A stretch of DNA of 57,709 nt, counting the filler, from Dimargaris cristalligena (Eukaryota), in assembly GCA_003614675.1 (NCBI GenBank). It is 3 parts of 3 records of this genome, joined end to end, with 100 filler letters (N's around TTAATTAATTAA, not from the genome) between each part and the next. Parts side by side here need not be neighbours in the genome. Positions count along the whole stretch, not along the records: positions 19,304 to 38,488 come from ML002736.1; 2 more parts are not named here. One strand, written 5' to 3'. Of this stretch, positions 23,986 to 38,588 are shown piece by piece. The notes beneath the pieces were generated by a model, which saw only the letters and a list, made by a program, of their open reading frames with translations, did no database searches and was not told the origin of the DNA. Both the position numbers and the translations under genes were made by a program. The first letter of the stretch is position 1. Every line of letters starts with the position of its first letter.

Positions 23986-25604
23986 GCCGCAGCTGGACTC
24001 CGAGTCAAGGGCGCAAGTGTTGGGGTATACTATATGATACACCCAACAACTCAGCCAAAAAGCGAGGCGGTAGAATGGAGCGAAAGAGCAGTAAGTCGAC
24101 GATTGAAACGTCCAAAGGAATATAAAATATAGTATTAAAAGTAATATATAATAGACACTGGCGAAATGATTTTTAAAAAAAAAACTGCCGCGGAAAGGAT
24201 ATAGGGCTAAACGAGTGGAAGAAAGGAATGTTAGGGGAAGTCAGGAGGGAATCGCGTATACATCCTCCACATGCACTGTCGGATTGTCGCCACCGATTCT
24301 TAAAAGAGGAACCAAACAGTAATATAGGACGATGCTCCCCCGTATTGGAAAAAGAGGCTCCTGTTAGATAGCTGGGTTGATAAGGAACCTTCCCCAAAAA
24401 TAATAGGTGAAACGACGAGGGTCTGCAGAAGGTTGGAAGTAATATAGTACCAGAGCAACGTTGGAATGAAAATAAACCAAATTGGGCAGAAAAGGCCTTG
24501 GGGAGGAAATAAAGACTCGCTTGATTGGCATGTTACTTTAGGGATCCATCTGACCACGCACGCCCTACAACGACAAATCCCCCCCCCTTCCCTTCGCTTC
24601 TCATAAGCTCGGTTTGGTGGGCGAACTGCGTAACACCCACCCCAAGGTATAAGAGCTATTGGGTTTTTAGGAAAGGCTATGGCCCCGAGTTCCTGTTAAG
24701 GCGGTATAGCTTTACTGGACGAGGGGTTGAAGGGTAAGAGAAGGCTGTCTAAGCCCACCCTGGATGAGTGTGAGTGGGCAGTAGTCACAATATCTCCCAA
24801 GATTTCAGCCGCAAAGTCCAGGGCGTGTGTCTATAGAAAATGTATTTTGACATCCCAAGTAACGGGCCTGCGGATTGAACATTAAAGGGATTTACCAACC
24901 ACTTCAGCACCTCTTTCACCCCATACTAACAGAACCAAGAGATATGACAAGTAATGGTTTTACACTTCCGTTCATCTCGTAACTAGATGTGATAGTATTG
25001 GGGCTTGCAAGATGTACCAAGGCATAGAATAATAACATCGTATAAATACTATCCATGGAATATCAGATCGAATCAATTATGAACTACTACGTACTATCCA
25101 TGTAAATATGTAAATCCCGATGGCTGAGATTTGATTACGTTTTAATGACACTATAAAAAACAACAAAAAAAGCGGCAAACTATAGAATTAGATATAGACG
25201 AGGTGGTGTTTTGGGGAAGGTATATGGTGTGGTGTTTTGGCATATTTAACCAGATAAATGGACTATTCTAAATAACACACAAGTGCAAAGAAATGGTGGA
25301 AACAGTAGATTTCGGAGAAACGTGCTTATGCAATTCCCCAAAATCAAATGGAAGTTTTCGAGCTTCAAAAAGCCCATCCACGGAGTGGCAAAATAAAAAG
25401 TGATGAATTTACGGATACAGGCTAATTGGGCAAAACTCGACTTGGGAGAAGAGTAAAAAGTGGAAGCAGCGAACATGCCAGGCACAACCAGACAACACAT
25501 ACCCTATACAACAACGAATGGGGGGAATGCTGTCCCAAGTATTGCACATTTCTGGGATGGACAACAGAGGTGCCATGATATCACTATTCTTCCATGACAG
25601 ACAC

Positions 25605-27623
25605 TTAGTTGAAGTAACGATCGAACATATCTTCGCGACCCTGTCCACCACTGTTCCGGCCCGACCGAGAAGAGAAGTTATCCCGACCTCCCCGCGAGCC
25701 AGATTGGTCCTGGTTACCGTATCCACGCTGGGAGCGACCGTAGGCACCGCTGCCACTGTCATTGTCGCGTCCGCCACGGCCTTGATCCTGGCCCCATCGA
25801 TCGTTGCTGCGGTTACCACCAAACCCGCGGCCACCTTGGTAGTTACCGAAACCACCGCCGCCCGAACGGCGTCCACCCGACATGCCGAAACCACGACCAC
25901 CTCCGTTCCGGCCTTGACCGCGAGCCGGTTTGTTCAAGCCGTATTTAGCGAGCTGATTCTCAGTCATGATGGGCTGGTCATCGAACCCGAATCCGTAGAA
26001 CAGGTTCTTAACCGAGTGGAGAATATCCTCACCCGAGCATTTGAGTAAATCGCGGCGCGAGCTGTAGAAGCCGAAGCAGGACATGAAGGCGTCGTGCAGC
26101 AGGCCCTTCTCTTCATAACCCAGACGCTTGGTCCACTGTTGGTCAATCACAGAAGACTGGGTATTGGTAATGGTCTCCACAAACTCGGGACCGTATTCCT
26201 TGGCAGGCAGCATATTCAGGTCACTCAAAGGGCGCAGGAAGGCCATTTCAACGGGGGATAAAACGATGATCCCCTCACCGTTCTTTCCAGCACGACCGGT
26301 ACGGCCCACCCGGTGAATGTATTCGTCGCGACCCTGGGGGGTACCAAGCTGGAGAACCAGGCCCACGTCGGGGTAGTCCACACCACGGGCGGACACATCA
26401 GTAGTAACCAGGATACTACCCGGGGAGTTACGGAAGCGAGCCGAAATACGAGAGCGGGAATTCTGAGTCAGTTTAGAATGCAGACCAATGACGGGAAGGC
26501 CCAGGCGAGCCAACGCTTCGGTGTAGAGTTGGGTCAGGTTGGTCGTGGGGAGGAACACCATGATGCGACCGCGGCGGTCCTTGGCCAATTGGCGGGTCAG
26601 GATCTCGTAAGTGGCCCGGAACTGCAGCTCCGAGGGGATCTCGGCGTACTGCTGCTTCACCCGCTTATGAACGGCCACGTCATTGGGATCCACGGTATCC
26701 ACGTACTGATGGTTAGGCTGAAGCACATCCCGGGCGATGGACTGAATGGCCGGCGACAAGGTAGCCGAAAATAAGTAGGTACGGCGGGTCTGGGGCAGAG
26801 AATCGGCAATAGTCCGGATATCGTCACGGAAACCCATGTTAAGCAGCTCGTCGGCTTCGTCCAGAATCAGCAGCTTGGTCTTTTTAGCCCGGGAGAGGAA
26901 CTCATGGCTGGATTGTAGAAGGTCGATCACTCGACCCGGGGTACCGACGATAATATCGGAGCGGTGGCCAGTGGTGAGGCGACGCATAGTCTGACGGCGC
27001 TCGGTACCGCCGACCATGGTCATTACCCCCATACGGTGCCGGGAGGCCAGTTTCTCGGCCTCCTCGGCGATCTGGTTGGCCAATTCACGAGTAGGGGAAA
27101 TAATCAAAGCCCCCACATGAACACCCCGGGCGAGATCGATTTGCTCGGACTGGGCCAGGATGGTTTCAATGGCAGGAAGCAGGAAAGCCAGGGTCTTACC
27201 CTCACCGGTCTTGGCCTTGACCAAGAGATCCTGAGTGATGGGCAGGCGACTAAGCACTTCACGCTGGACCTTGGACATTTCAATGTAGCGGAAAATGAAC
27301 TTGAGGGCATCCTTGGACTTGGCGGAAAGGAGCTTGACATCATCGAAACGGGTGGGGAATTCCGCGGAATCGGCAGCCGGAGTCTCGGCCGACTCGATTT
27401 CGGCGGCCTGGGCTGAGGAGTACCACTGCTGGCCCAACCGGGCGGGGTGCAGGTTGGTCTTGACGGCCGTAACGGCCAGGGTAGCCGGGGTAGTCAGGCT
27501 GGGTCGCACCGATGATACGGAACGAAGACCGCTGATCATGGACATTTGTCCGCGCGTCGAGGAGTGCAGCAGAGGGGCGACGCGCGACTCAGCGCGACGC
27601 ATAATTTGGCCGAGGAACGACAT
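25605..27623 (-). CDS. MSS116: Mitochondrial DEAD-box RNA helicase, Mss116/CYT-19-like
   Basis: Presequence, Q motif (MSKVQ), AKTGEGKT, SPTRELA, TPGR, LDEAD, FSAT, TDVSARGVDYP, YIHRVGRTGRAG and an RGG-rich basic tail. Probable 5'-UTR intron at 28027-27655. Confidence 0.88.
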   Translation of the reverse strand: MSFLGQIMRRAESRVAPLLHSSTRGQMSMISGLRSVSSVRPSLTTPATLAVTAVKTNLHPARLGQQWYSSAQAAEIESAETPAADSAEFPTRFDDVKLLSAKSKDALKFIFRYIEMSKVQREVLSRLPITQDLLVKAKTGEGKTLAFLLPAIETILAQSEQIDLARGVHVGALIISPTRELANQIAEEAEKLASRHRMGVMTMVGGTERRQTMRRLTTGHRSDIIVGTPGRVIDLLQSSHEFLSRAKKTKLLILDEADELLNMGFRDDIRTIADSLPQTRRTYLFSATLSPAIQSIARDVLQPNHQYVDTVDPNDVAVHKRVKQQYAEIPSELQFRATYEILTRQLAKDRRGRIMVFLPTTNLTQLYTEALARLGLPVIGLHSKLTQNSRSRISARFRNSPGSILVTTDVSARGVDYPDVGLVLQLGTPQGRDEYIHRVGRTGRAGKNGEGIIVLSPVEMAFLRPLSDLNMLPAKEYGPEFVETITNTQSSVIDQQWTKRLGYEEKGLLHDAFMSCFGFYSSRRDLLKCSGEDILHSVKNLFYGFGFDDQPIMTENQLAKYGLNKPARGQGRNGGGRGFGMSGGRRSGGGGFGNYQGGRGFGGNRSNDRWGQDQGRGGRDNDSGSGAYGRSQRGYGNQDQSGSRGGRDNFSSRSGRNSGGQGREDMFDRYFN

Positions 27624-29642
27624 TGTGCTTGATCGATAAATCAGATGGTATTCACTGTGGAGAGGAAAATGTGGTATAAGAGGGGTAAGCGGTTAGATTT
27701 ATGATACATTATCACAGGTTAGTTACTAAACCAACGGAAACCGTCTAACTGCTTAACCCAGTCGCTTGAAGTCAAGCATGTGGAATTGCAGTACCGGGGG
27801 TTGCAAATCGGGGGAAAGTACAGTTTGCCAACAAGTAAAGAGGAACGTCGCCCAATGCACTTGTGAAGGCAGTTGCCCGTTACTCATAGGCATGATACTA
27901 ATCGAGAACGGGTGGTGAAAGGATATATTGTCCAGGGTAGGCTGGGGTGGAGATCTGAATTAGGCTAGCCCGGGGGGATCCCAAAGGGGGGGTGGACGGG
28001 TAAATGGTATAGACCGGAAGAACCTACCTGAATAATAACCGAGGGGAATTGGGGGTCGATCTGAGTAAGCAACAGACTGGTAGTTGGTTACTAAGGAGGG
28101 CTTTGTATGTTATGGGTATGGTTTAAGGTATTGCTATTTCAAAGTCTGCAAACCAGTGGGGGACTGTAGGCAAAGAAAGATAGAGAGCAAAGTAAAAAGA
28201 AGGTCAACGGTGCAGTTGAAAAGGGGAGAGGGGGGAAGTGAGAGGTGAAAAAAAGAAGCCACTGGTGATGGTGGTACGCGCTGAATTATCCCAACAATAA
28301 TAATACAGAAGAGAGGAGGAGAAAAACGAGAGAGTCTCCAACCAGTTTAGATATTAGACGAGCGGGTCCGGGGACTTTTATGATTCCCCGATATTCATCA
28401 TAATTGTATGCGCATATACCTTCCCCTTCTTTTCATTGACGCATAGATAGACTCTATGCACCCACTGAACTAGGGGGATCGGATGGAAAATATAGATATA
28501 TCACATACTCCCTACAATCCCATCCGCGGGGGGTTGGTTCGTCCTTCGGATGAGAGCTTGCCGTTGGGTTTATTTAATATTTTCTTCAGCACCGGCCTCG
28601 TATAACTCCCGTATCTTCGTTTATAAACCAGCCATTTCCACGAATCAATTACGTGGATACAACGACCGTCTGAAAACATTCCCCGATATTGGCGCAGTCA
28701 AGCCAGTGAGCCATAGGACGAGGAGACCCCACTGGCGAATGAATATGCCCCCAACACGCGGCCAAAGAGGAAAAAAAAATAAGAAAAAAAGTCCACCAAC
28801 GCGGTACGTAGATTGTGTGTTCTTTGTCAAACGTATGGACCATCCGAATCCCGTGCTCGGAGAGGTTGAAGCCAGGAGGTGTAGGGTGGCTTTCCTGAGG
28901 CGTACATGCCAATTGGTGGAATATATTTGTCGGTTGGAAGAATCCGTATGAAAGAGAGGGGAGGCTTTCCTCACTTGCCTGGTATCATTTTCAGTCGTCA
29001 GCACCATTAAATGCGTTCAGGGTGAGCGGGCCGGGACAAATAAAACACGCCAATGTACCGCCATTGACACCTATTTCACCATGCCAAATCCCTGGGCGCT
29101 CTTAGTAGTCGTCTAGTAGCAATATTGCATTAGTTGGGTCAAACTACCTCTAAACAAACAAATATCCGAACAGTACACCTGGTCCAAATCCCACATTTAT
29201 AGAATGGGTGCAAATTGAAATAAAATCAAAGCAAAAATGGAGCAAGAGTAGCGCTTAGGGTATTACCCAAGACTGGGGTGCCAATGACCTAATCTCAACA
29301 GAGTAAATATGCAAAAATATACCCCCCTCCCAACCCCCCTATTGTTATCCTGATCTTTAGCATGCTTAAAGTTGAGAGCATTAATAGAGGAAAATGAATT
29401 TAGTCAGCTGGTAGGATTATACATGCCGATCACGCGTGCTTACTATCTCATAAGTAGTCCTAATCTACTAAATGGTTGCCGGCCCTGAGTATAGTTAAAT
29501 AGAGTCGTCAAAGACGATGTGGTTTTATTGTTCTACTGAATAGATCGAGAGAAGTGACGCTGACTTCGGCCCAAGTTTAAGAGAATAGGGGGAGAAAAAA
29601 AGAAGGAGGGAGAGGAGGGGATGTGTTCAATAGCTAGAAGGC

Positions 29643-31181
<1,539 letters not shown>

Positions 31182-31930
31182 CTACAGGAGGGGGATATAG
31201 AGGGGGGAGAATATTGAAATAGTTGGTAGGTGGTTAGTATTAGGGGTACGGGTGGTATATATGCGTGGCTTTAGACGACTTTAGGGGAGAGAATAAGTGC
31301 TTTGCCGGCTCAAGGAGATGAACAGGCCACCTTCAAGCCAATAGTCCAGATACGAACAGTGGGTGGTTCGTCCGGGTATGCGGGGCTCCGTGGGGAGTGA
31401 CTTTGGAGACCGGCCTACTCTAGCACTCGTCCCCAACCAACGGTTGGATCTGGCGAGATCGAGAAGGAACTGAACAATCCCCACTCAGCCCGATAGGTGG
31501 GCGGCTTAGCATTCGATCCTGGAGGAGGATCTTTCAGTTGGGGCGGCAGGTCTTCTTGCCATACGAAGGGGCGGAGACAGAGGTGGATCAGACAGGGTTG
31601 GTGTGGTAGTAGAAGTGAACGGGGGTATTTACCAAAGTAGGGTATAGGCGAACCGGCAGAGTCTAATCGACGACGATGTAGAATCACGGTTGAACAACAA
31701 TAGGGATAAATAAGAAACGGAGCAACCAAAAGAGCACTAAAGAGACAAGCAGCGGGTGGGGTCAGTGGGCCTGGCCATAAGTAGTCTCTCTCCAGTGGGT
31801 GGGTGGGGAGGGCAGTCTAGTCTAGTTCGTTGCTGTATGCGTGGGTGGGGTGAGGGGGCTTTTCGCAAGCCAGCAACGAACCATCCAGGGCCTGTAGACG
31901 GGAAGAGGAAATCCCGTTGGCTAATACGGA

Positions 31931-31935
31931 CCAAT
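31931..31935 (+). promoter_or_regulatory. Candidate CCAAT box (HAP/NF-Y site) in the ATP2-ATP16 divergent intergenic region
   Basis: GACCAATCAC context matches the NF-Y/HAP consensus. It is a short motif and function is inferred. Confidence 0.35.
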
Positions 31936-33427
31936 CACAGCCTAGTTCCACCACCTCGACCGGTGGGGTGGGGGGCTTATTAGAAGGGCGGGATGCTAGG
32001 TATATCTCCCCCTCCCCCCATCCATTAATGACATCCTCCGCTATCACTCAATAAGGAAGACCTTGTTGAAACTTATCTATAGCAGTACCCTTCGGTCTCT
32101 CAATCATGGAGGAGGGCGGGGTGGGCTGCCGTATAATAATGCTGAGTTTGCCGGCCACCATTGGTACATCATTTTACCCTCTTGCTCAGTCCATTTCCTA
32201 CTGACTGTACCAGGGATGTAGTAGTAATAGTGTCCTTATTATATTCCTTACCACATACTGAGGGATAGATGGTTCTGGCTGGGCCGATTGCCATAGCATA
32301 AGGTAGAAGATGCCATAGGGCGAGTGGGTTTGGTCGTTGGGGGTGGCGGAAGTATGCGAGAGGGATGTGGTAATCTCGTCGTCAGCACGTTCTGGCATTA
32401 GGATATTTTCAGGTGGTAATGAATCAACGAATAGGGGGAGGAATCATCAACACACCTGGGGAAAGGAGGACGCGGCGTCATCAGCCTTAGTATAAGGGGT
32501 TGTTGTTGAGCTGGTGGATCTGTGGGACATTGGTGTTGGGGGGCCCGACGTTGGGTTAGTCACGTGATGTATATCGAAATCACATGGCTAGTCCTGACGG
32601 GAGAGATGGGGTGTGTGCGATTGACTCTTCCCAAAGAGTGAAGATAGAGGTTACCCCAAGCAAGGATGGCTTTTATTCCCAGAAGCCCTGATCCAATACT
32701 GTGGACCAAGAGTCCTGCTGTTTCGATTGTCTTGAGCTGGCGACCATCGAGAGGGTGGATTTGGGGTGGCGGTGTAGGCGACTGCCCCAACCCCACGGGT
32801 TATGGATAAGGAGGTTCCCAAAACCTTATTGGTAATTGGGAGGTGGGAGAGGGGGTTGTTATAAGCCCAAGTGGTGGTAGTATAGTGTAGACTGGGTTAG
32901 ACGCGACAGGGACTCGTTGGCCTTGGTCACTCGCAAGCCGAACTGACCTCTTTTAATCTAACGATGCCAATGCATCCTTTTACAAGGGTATTCAACCCGC
33001 CTCAAGTGAATTCAACAGGATGGACTGCTTAGCCGTAGGATTGATAAGCCGGAAAGACTTTAGTCATTAGCAGTTTAGTACTAATTCGACAGTCTTGATA
33101 ATGCTCCATAAAGACATGCCATACATAGTTCTCTCTAACCCCCCACCAATACAGACAACTCTATAACCCTGCACCACATACATAGAAAGGGCCTACTAGC
33201 AGACTCCCCCAAACCCCAGAGACCACCTGTCTAGTGCCCAAGTGCTCTCCAAGTGTTGTCGATTCCACTTACTTTGGCCCCAGGCTTAATCTATCCCCCC
33301 ATACCAGCGTGCCTTTCTGAGCTTCTTGCTTCTCCTTGTGACTAGACCTTGATCCCCTCCCTCCTACTCCTTATCCTGCGATTCAGTTTTCTTTCCGTGT
33401 TTTTCTTTCAGTCACCATAATCTCACC

Positions 33428-34256
33428 ATGAACTTCCTCCGATCCACCCGCACTCTGGCTGCCCTGCGCCCCGCCCGCCTCGGTACGTTGATCCACTGGA
33501 ATTTAATAACAAAACCACTTTTACCGGGTCAAATAGACCCCATCCCCCCGTATATCCCTTGTTGGTAGCACTTTCGCCGTTACAAGCAAATGAACTAGTG
33601 CCTTCCGAGCAACCAGCAGCCCCTTCATTCAAACCACTGGAACCCCTCGTACCCAAAAGTTCTGAATTGACTTATACTAAGGCCACATTTATGCTTCATT
33701 CCTTTCTAAATCACCCCCATCTAACCCTGCCTCTACCTATCCCCTGCTGCATGGATGTCGAATCCCACCCGTCTACCCCATTTCCCCGTATTCTCCCCCC
33801 CTCATAGTGCGCAACTACGCCACCGAAGGCGCTGCCCCCGTCGCTGCCGCCGCCGGCAAACTCACCCTGAACTTCGTTCTGCCCCACCAGGTCGTTCTGT
33901 CCAAGACGACCGTGCAGCAGGTGAACCTGGCCGGTAGTTCCGGTGACCTCGGTATCCTGGCCGACCACGTGCCCAGCATCGAGCAGCTCAAGCCCGGAGT
34001 CGTTGAAGTGATCATCGACGGTTCCCAGCCCGCCAAGAAGTGGTTCGTCAGCGGTGGCTTCGCCATCATGAACCCCGACTCCAGCCTCAATATTAACGCC
34101 GTGGAGGCTTTCGCCCTCGACGAAATTGATGTCGAGGCCGTCCGCCAGCAGTCCCAGGAAGCCGAGCGTGTGGCTAATGGTTCGGGTACCGAGTACGAAA
34201 AGGCCGCTGCTAAGGCCCAGCTCGAGGTCTACGAGGCTCTGCAGGCCGCTCTCTAA
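33428..34256 (+). CDS. ATP16: Mitochondrial F1 ATP synthase delta subunit (exons 33428-33482, 33808-34256)
   Basis: Presequence MNFLRSTRTLAALRPARL spliced to VRNYATE. Also LTLNFVLPHQ, QVNL..GDLGILADHVPSIEQLKPGVVEV and FVSGGFA..LNINAVEA. Confidence 0.97.
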
Positions 34257-34990
34257 ATCACCGTTCAATTCTGATTTTAGAAATCCCTCCCGCCCAGGTC
34301 CCTGCGTTTGTTTGCCCATCTTTTTTAAATTTATTTATTTTTTAAAAAAGCACGGTTGTTAATGCATTCTAGTCCGGGTCGGGACTACGTTCCCCAGACC
34401 CGGCTGTCTTATCCCAAGACGTCTAGATACTCCGAATGAGTGCACCGATCAATGACAAGCCCCGTCGGCATTATAGGGCCGGATATATAGGACGAGATTC
34501 ATTGGAATATAACCTGCAATAAATATTATTTATGTTTACGATGAGTCTGGGAAGCGCCCTACAATTGGAATAGAATTGGTAGTAGTCACTGACTCATTAA
34601 TGATGAGATGTCTGCCAACGTGTATAATTGTAAGGTTATATAAGCTAGGGGGATATACAATGGGAGTATGGTTGGGAAGCTATTGGAATATGGATACAAG
34701 GATATAATATTGGAATGTACGAATAGTAGGAATTATAGCTCAAATGAACAAGTAGATATCTGTTAAAAATAGAGTGGTGGTAATGGATAATGTTATTTAA
34801 ATGTAGGTTCGGCGGTATTACTGATGGGGGTTGTCAAATATGTTGATAAACGCACATGTTGCTTTGGTAGTCAATCTACGCAGATAATATTATATATGTA
34901 TATATATAATATGGGAAATAGTGAAGAAGCTCTGCCTGTGGGCTATTGTGGGGGTAAATATAAAATGCCCTATTGCCCTGGGTACTATAG

Positions 34991-35848
34991 CTACAAACAT
35001 TTGAGCGCTGGCTGCCGCACAATAATGACCCTATCTACATCGCTGCGGTATTTAACGCTAAATCGAACCTGGCCCTTATCTTGATTGAGAACCTGGGCGA
35101 TACTCGGCGTGACCACCACCCCGCGATGCTTATGGAGATAGCAATAGGCATCAACCTGTCTGGAATTGGCTTTGGTACGCTGTTTGACTGCTTGGTAACG
35201 CTTGACCGTTTTAGCCAGTTTAGCCGGGGAGTATGTGGCCCTCGGGTCCAGTTGGGAAATACGCTGACAGTAGCCGTCGATGATTTTAGGCTGGCCCGAG
35301 ATCGACCTGTGTCTTTGGAACTGGGTGACTATATCGGCCAGGTCGGGAACCGGTACAGTAATATCTTCCTGAGTTTGGGGCGGGTCGTCTCGAGGTGATT
35401 CAGGGGGGTGCGACAGGGGGTTGGTGTGAGGGCGCAGGAGTGGTTTATCAGTCAGAGTGGGGTCCAAGGACAGGGTGGACATGGTTAATGCCGTGTCGGC
35501 CGAGGTGGTGGTTGAGGAAGGGGATGGGCTAGATAGAAGCTCAGCGGCCTCCTGCTCAGAAGATGCCGTGGAAGCAGCAGTCGTAGGTTCGTTGATAGCG
35601 TTGGTATCCAAAGCCACTGGGGATAAGTCGACCACGTAGTTGGAATAGACGGTGGTTTCGGAGGAAGTGTGGTGAGAGTAGGTGGGTGTAGCCGACAGGG
35701 TAGGTGACGGGGTTGCCGAGGAAGACTTGTTTCCAAGGGAAGAAGAGGAGGATGACGACTTGGATAGACGCAGCTTACGACCCAGTTTTTTGAGACTTGG
35801 GGCTGGGTTGACCTTGGCCAGGAACTGGGTAAAGCGACCGTCGGACAT
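34991..35848 (-). CDS. Hypothetical protein (285 aa), Ser/Thr/Pro-rich N-half and basic C-half
   Basis: Uninterrupted ATG-TAG ORF, GC-rich against AT-rich flanks. No recognised domain. Confidence 0.65.
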   Translation of the reverse strand: MSDGRFTQFLAKVNPAPSLKKLGRKLRLSKSSSSSSSLGNKSSSATPSPTLSATPTYSHHTSSETTVYSNYVVDLSPVALDTNAINEPTTAASTASSEQEAAELLSSPSPSSTTTSADTALTMSTLSLDPTLTDKPLLRPHTNPLSHPPESPRDDPPQTQEDITVPVPDLADIVTQFQRHRSISGQPKIIDGYCQRISQLDPRATYSPAKLAKTVKRYQAVKQRTKANSRQVDAYCYLHKHRGVVVTPSIAQVLNQDKGQVRFSVKYRSDVDRVIIVRQPALKCL

Positions 35849-38436
35849 TGGGTTGGATTATGTAAGTGAACCAATATGGTTAGCTAGCTATTTAAGTTAA
35901 AAGGGGGGAGATAAGGATTAGTCAGTGGGCCGAGAACAGTGGGGGACGTAGCACTCAAGTGCTGGCTCCTGGGGATTTATATTAATCCCTGCCATTGCTT
36001 CAATGGAGGACTCAGTCAAAGGACCGGTATACTATTCCGTCCGAACCACTACCACCGCCACGGCAAACAGCAGACGAGACGAGTCACTGGGCTGCTAAAA
36101 AGGCTATATATCGTTGTGCCGCTGGTTGGTTTCCATGCACCTTGAGTAATCACTGTGGTTGTGGTGCATAATTCCTCGTCATGGTGGGAGCAGCACTTGG
36201 ATCCTGTTGGTCGTCGGGTCACAACATGCAGGGGATGGGAAAGTAGTCTATTCGGAAGCCCCATTTTTTTACCTCGGCTTGGGTCATCCAGCCCCGTTGC
36301 CCATCCGTTGGTACCTTCGTAAAGCGCGGGCTAGCTAAGCTGGCGGTGGGAAAATCCTTGATTCTAGGCGACTTATATGCAGTTTAGATTCAGTCCGGCA
36401 GATCTGGTGAGCCACACATCCAAATCAACTCCCTATCTGGTAAACAAACCGCCGACGTGGCTTTGGTCGGGAGGAGGGCGGGCGTGTCGGTGGCATTACA
36501 TCCCAGTGGGGATATTCACATCTGTTAGTAAATTCATCGAGGCATTGCCACCCCACCATCCCATTCTCAGTAACCGGATTTTTTAGGGTATGGTATGGGG
36601 CGCTTTTATAGAGGTTGACCAGAGCCATCTTTACCGACCCGGCCTAGAAGAGGACTGTATTTAGTAACCGGCCTGCATAATATATTCTTCGTCATTCCAA
36701 GGTCTTCAGTCCGCGTATACTTGATAGCCCTGGTTAAATTATCACATTCCTCTGATTGTGCCTGGCACTATAGGTACCGCAACCGTCATTGAGCCAAATT
36801 CAGCAAGCTCTTACAACTAACATCATGAATAGTTAGGCTTAAATGCCTGAAGGATTGTCTCTGGAATAGAATTGCAAAGCATACCATTAATTCAGCATGG
36901 TGTTGGGGTTAAATACCAATGCTATGCGGTGGCTCACCGTGACTGGACCATAGTTTCACAGAGTTAAGTAGACCCACTCCATATCCCCATTTCCGCCACA
37001 CAACCGCTGTTCTTTTGTTCACCTGCCCGTTCAATGTAGGAAACGTACCTTGCTTGCACCCTTCAATATACAATGTTCAGCCGTAGATTGTTTATAAGGA
37101 AAATGTCATTTGGTTATCTAATGATTTCGCCGCTTCTGTCCCCACATCCCAACCAGCCCTGGCTTGATCACATTAGGCTAATTCTTTTTTTATACAATAT
37201 AGAAGACATCCCGCAGATGGCTATTTACTGTACAATTTCACATAAGCTGCTGATTTATTTTTAAGACCCCCTTGCAGTTTTTCATCCGAACTTGTGACGC
37301 GATGAGGCCGCGTAAGTTGGCTCAAACAAATCCCCTCATCTTGGTAAGGTTAATTAGTCGTAATAATTATATTTGTTGTCACTTGTGACCAACCCCCCTA
37401 ATCCTTCTGCACTTCGAATCTAGATCTACCAAACAGCTGCCGAATTTGCGACAGAATTTTCCTGTAGACCCCTTATCCAAGTGCAGGCTAGTCCTCAATA
37501 CACGGTAGTGAAACCCCTCGATTATTTATATGCGTAAACGTGAGCTTCCATTACCCGAGCAAGCTAAATGGAAGAGGTCCCAGTGCAGCTATCTAATTTG
37601 GCCTTAACAATGTTCGATTTCTTTAAGGAAACTACTTCACGATAAATTAAGCACTGTTCCCGCTCCGTAAGGGTGAAATAGGAAGTGGATATATATGTAA
37701 CCAATAGATCCTATCATACCAGGCGGATTTGATATGAAATAACTGTGCTAAGGTTGACCCACAGGGTAAGTGTATTAACTATTAATACCGAATTGATTCA
37801 ATGGGGGGAAACAGGGTAGCCCGGTAGTTACATACAAATGCAAGGGCATATATGAACTCTACATTCTCTTCATAAGAGCATCGTTTGCCATTACTTAGGT
37901 ATAACCCAGTTCCAAATGACACTTAGTCACGTGATTAAAAACCAATAAAGTTCAAATAATTTAGGATTTTCCTGTTGTGCCAACGAAGTTCGAAAAGGGA
38001 AATAGATAATTAGCTTTATTTTAAGTACTGGTAATATATATGATTATGACAATAGTCGCAGGTAAAATACCAGTACGACCACTAATAATGATTTCTGAAA
38101 AGAATATATGAGAAATTAAGATCGGGAGCGGAATTGCCGTTTACCCTGTGGAGAACGGCATGGTTATATATATAGAGTATTACTGCTACAATTATATGAT
38201 AATATTAATAAAGGGACTACTGTATACCCGAGGTATGTAGTCATAAAGTTTGTAATCCTGGTTAAAAAATGAGTAGCAAATAGATATTGAAAAACAAAGG
38301 TTTGAATGGTAAAGGAATGGGTAAACTCTTGGAGTTCGTCCTCTTTTGGAGGGAACGTCCGAGGCTGGAGAAAGTTAGTCGCTATATTGATAGGACTACT
38401 AGGGTTGTCTCAGTCCGGCCACAACATTTCAGTTGA

Positions 38437-38488
38437 AGCGGTGTGGCGCAGCGGAAGCGCGCAGGGCTCATAACCCTGAGGTCCTACG
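38437..38488 (+). tRNA. tRNA-iMet: Initiator tRNA-Met (CAT), 3'-truncated at the contig end
   Basis: AGCGGTGTGGCGCAGCGGAAGCGCGCAGGGCTCATAACCCTGAGGTC shows A1, an initiator-type D loop, three G-C pairs in the anticodon stem and CAT at 38469-38471. Confidence 0.95.
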
Positions 38489-38588
38489 NNNNNNNNNNNN
38501 NNNNNNNNNNNNNNNNNNNNNNNNNNNNNNNNTTAATTAATTAANNNNNNNNNNNNNNNNNNNNNNNNNNNNNNNNNNNNNNNNNNNN
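38489..38588. other. Artificial contig spacer
   Basis: 44 N + TTAATTAATTAA + 44 N. Confidence 0.98.

Noticed and set aside
28550..29007. Overlapping 87-133 aa ORFs between MSS116 and ATP2
   Set aside because: No domain, no codon bias and no coherent splice model; likely chance ORFs.
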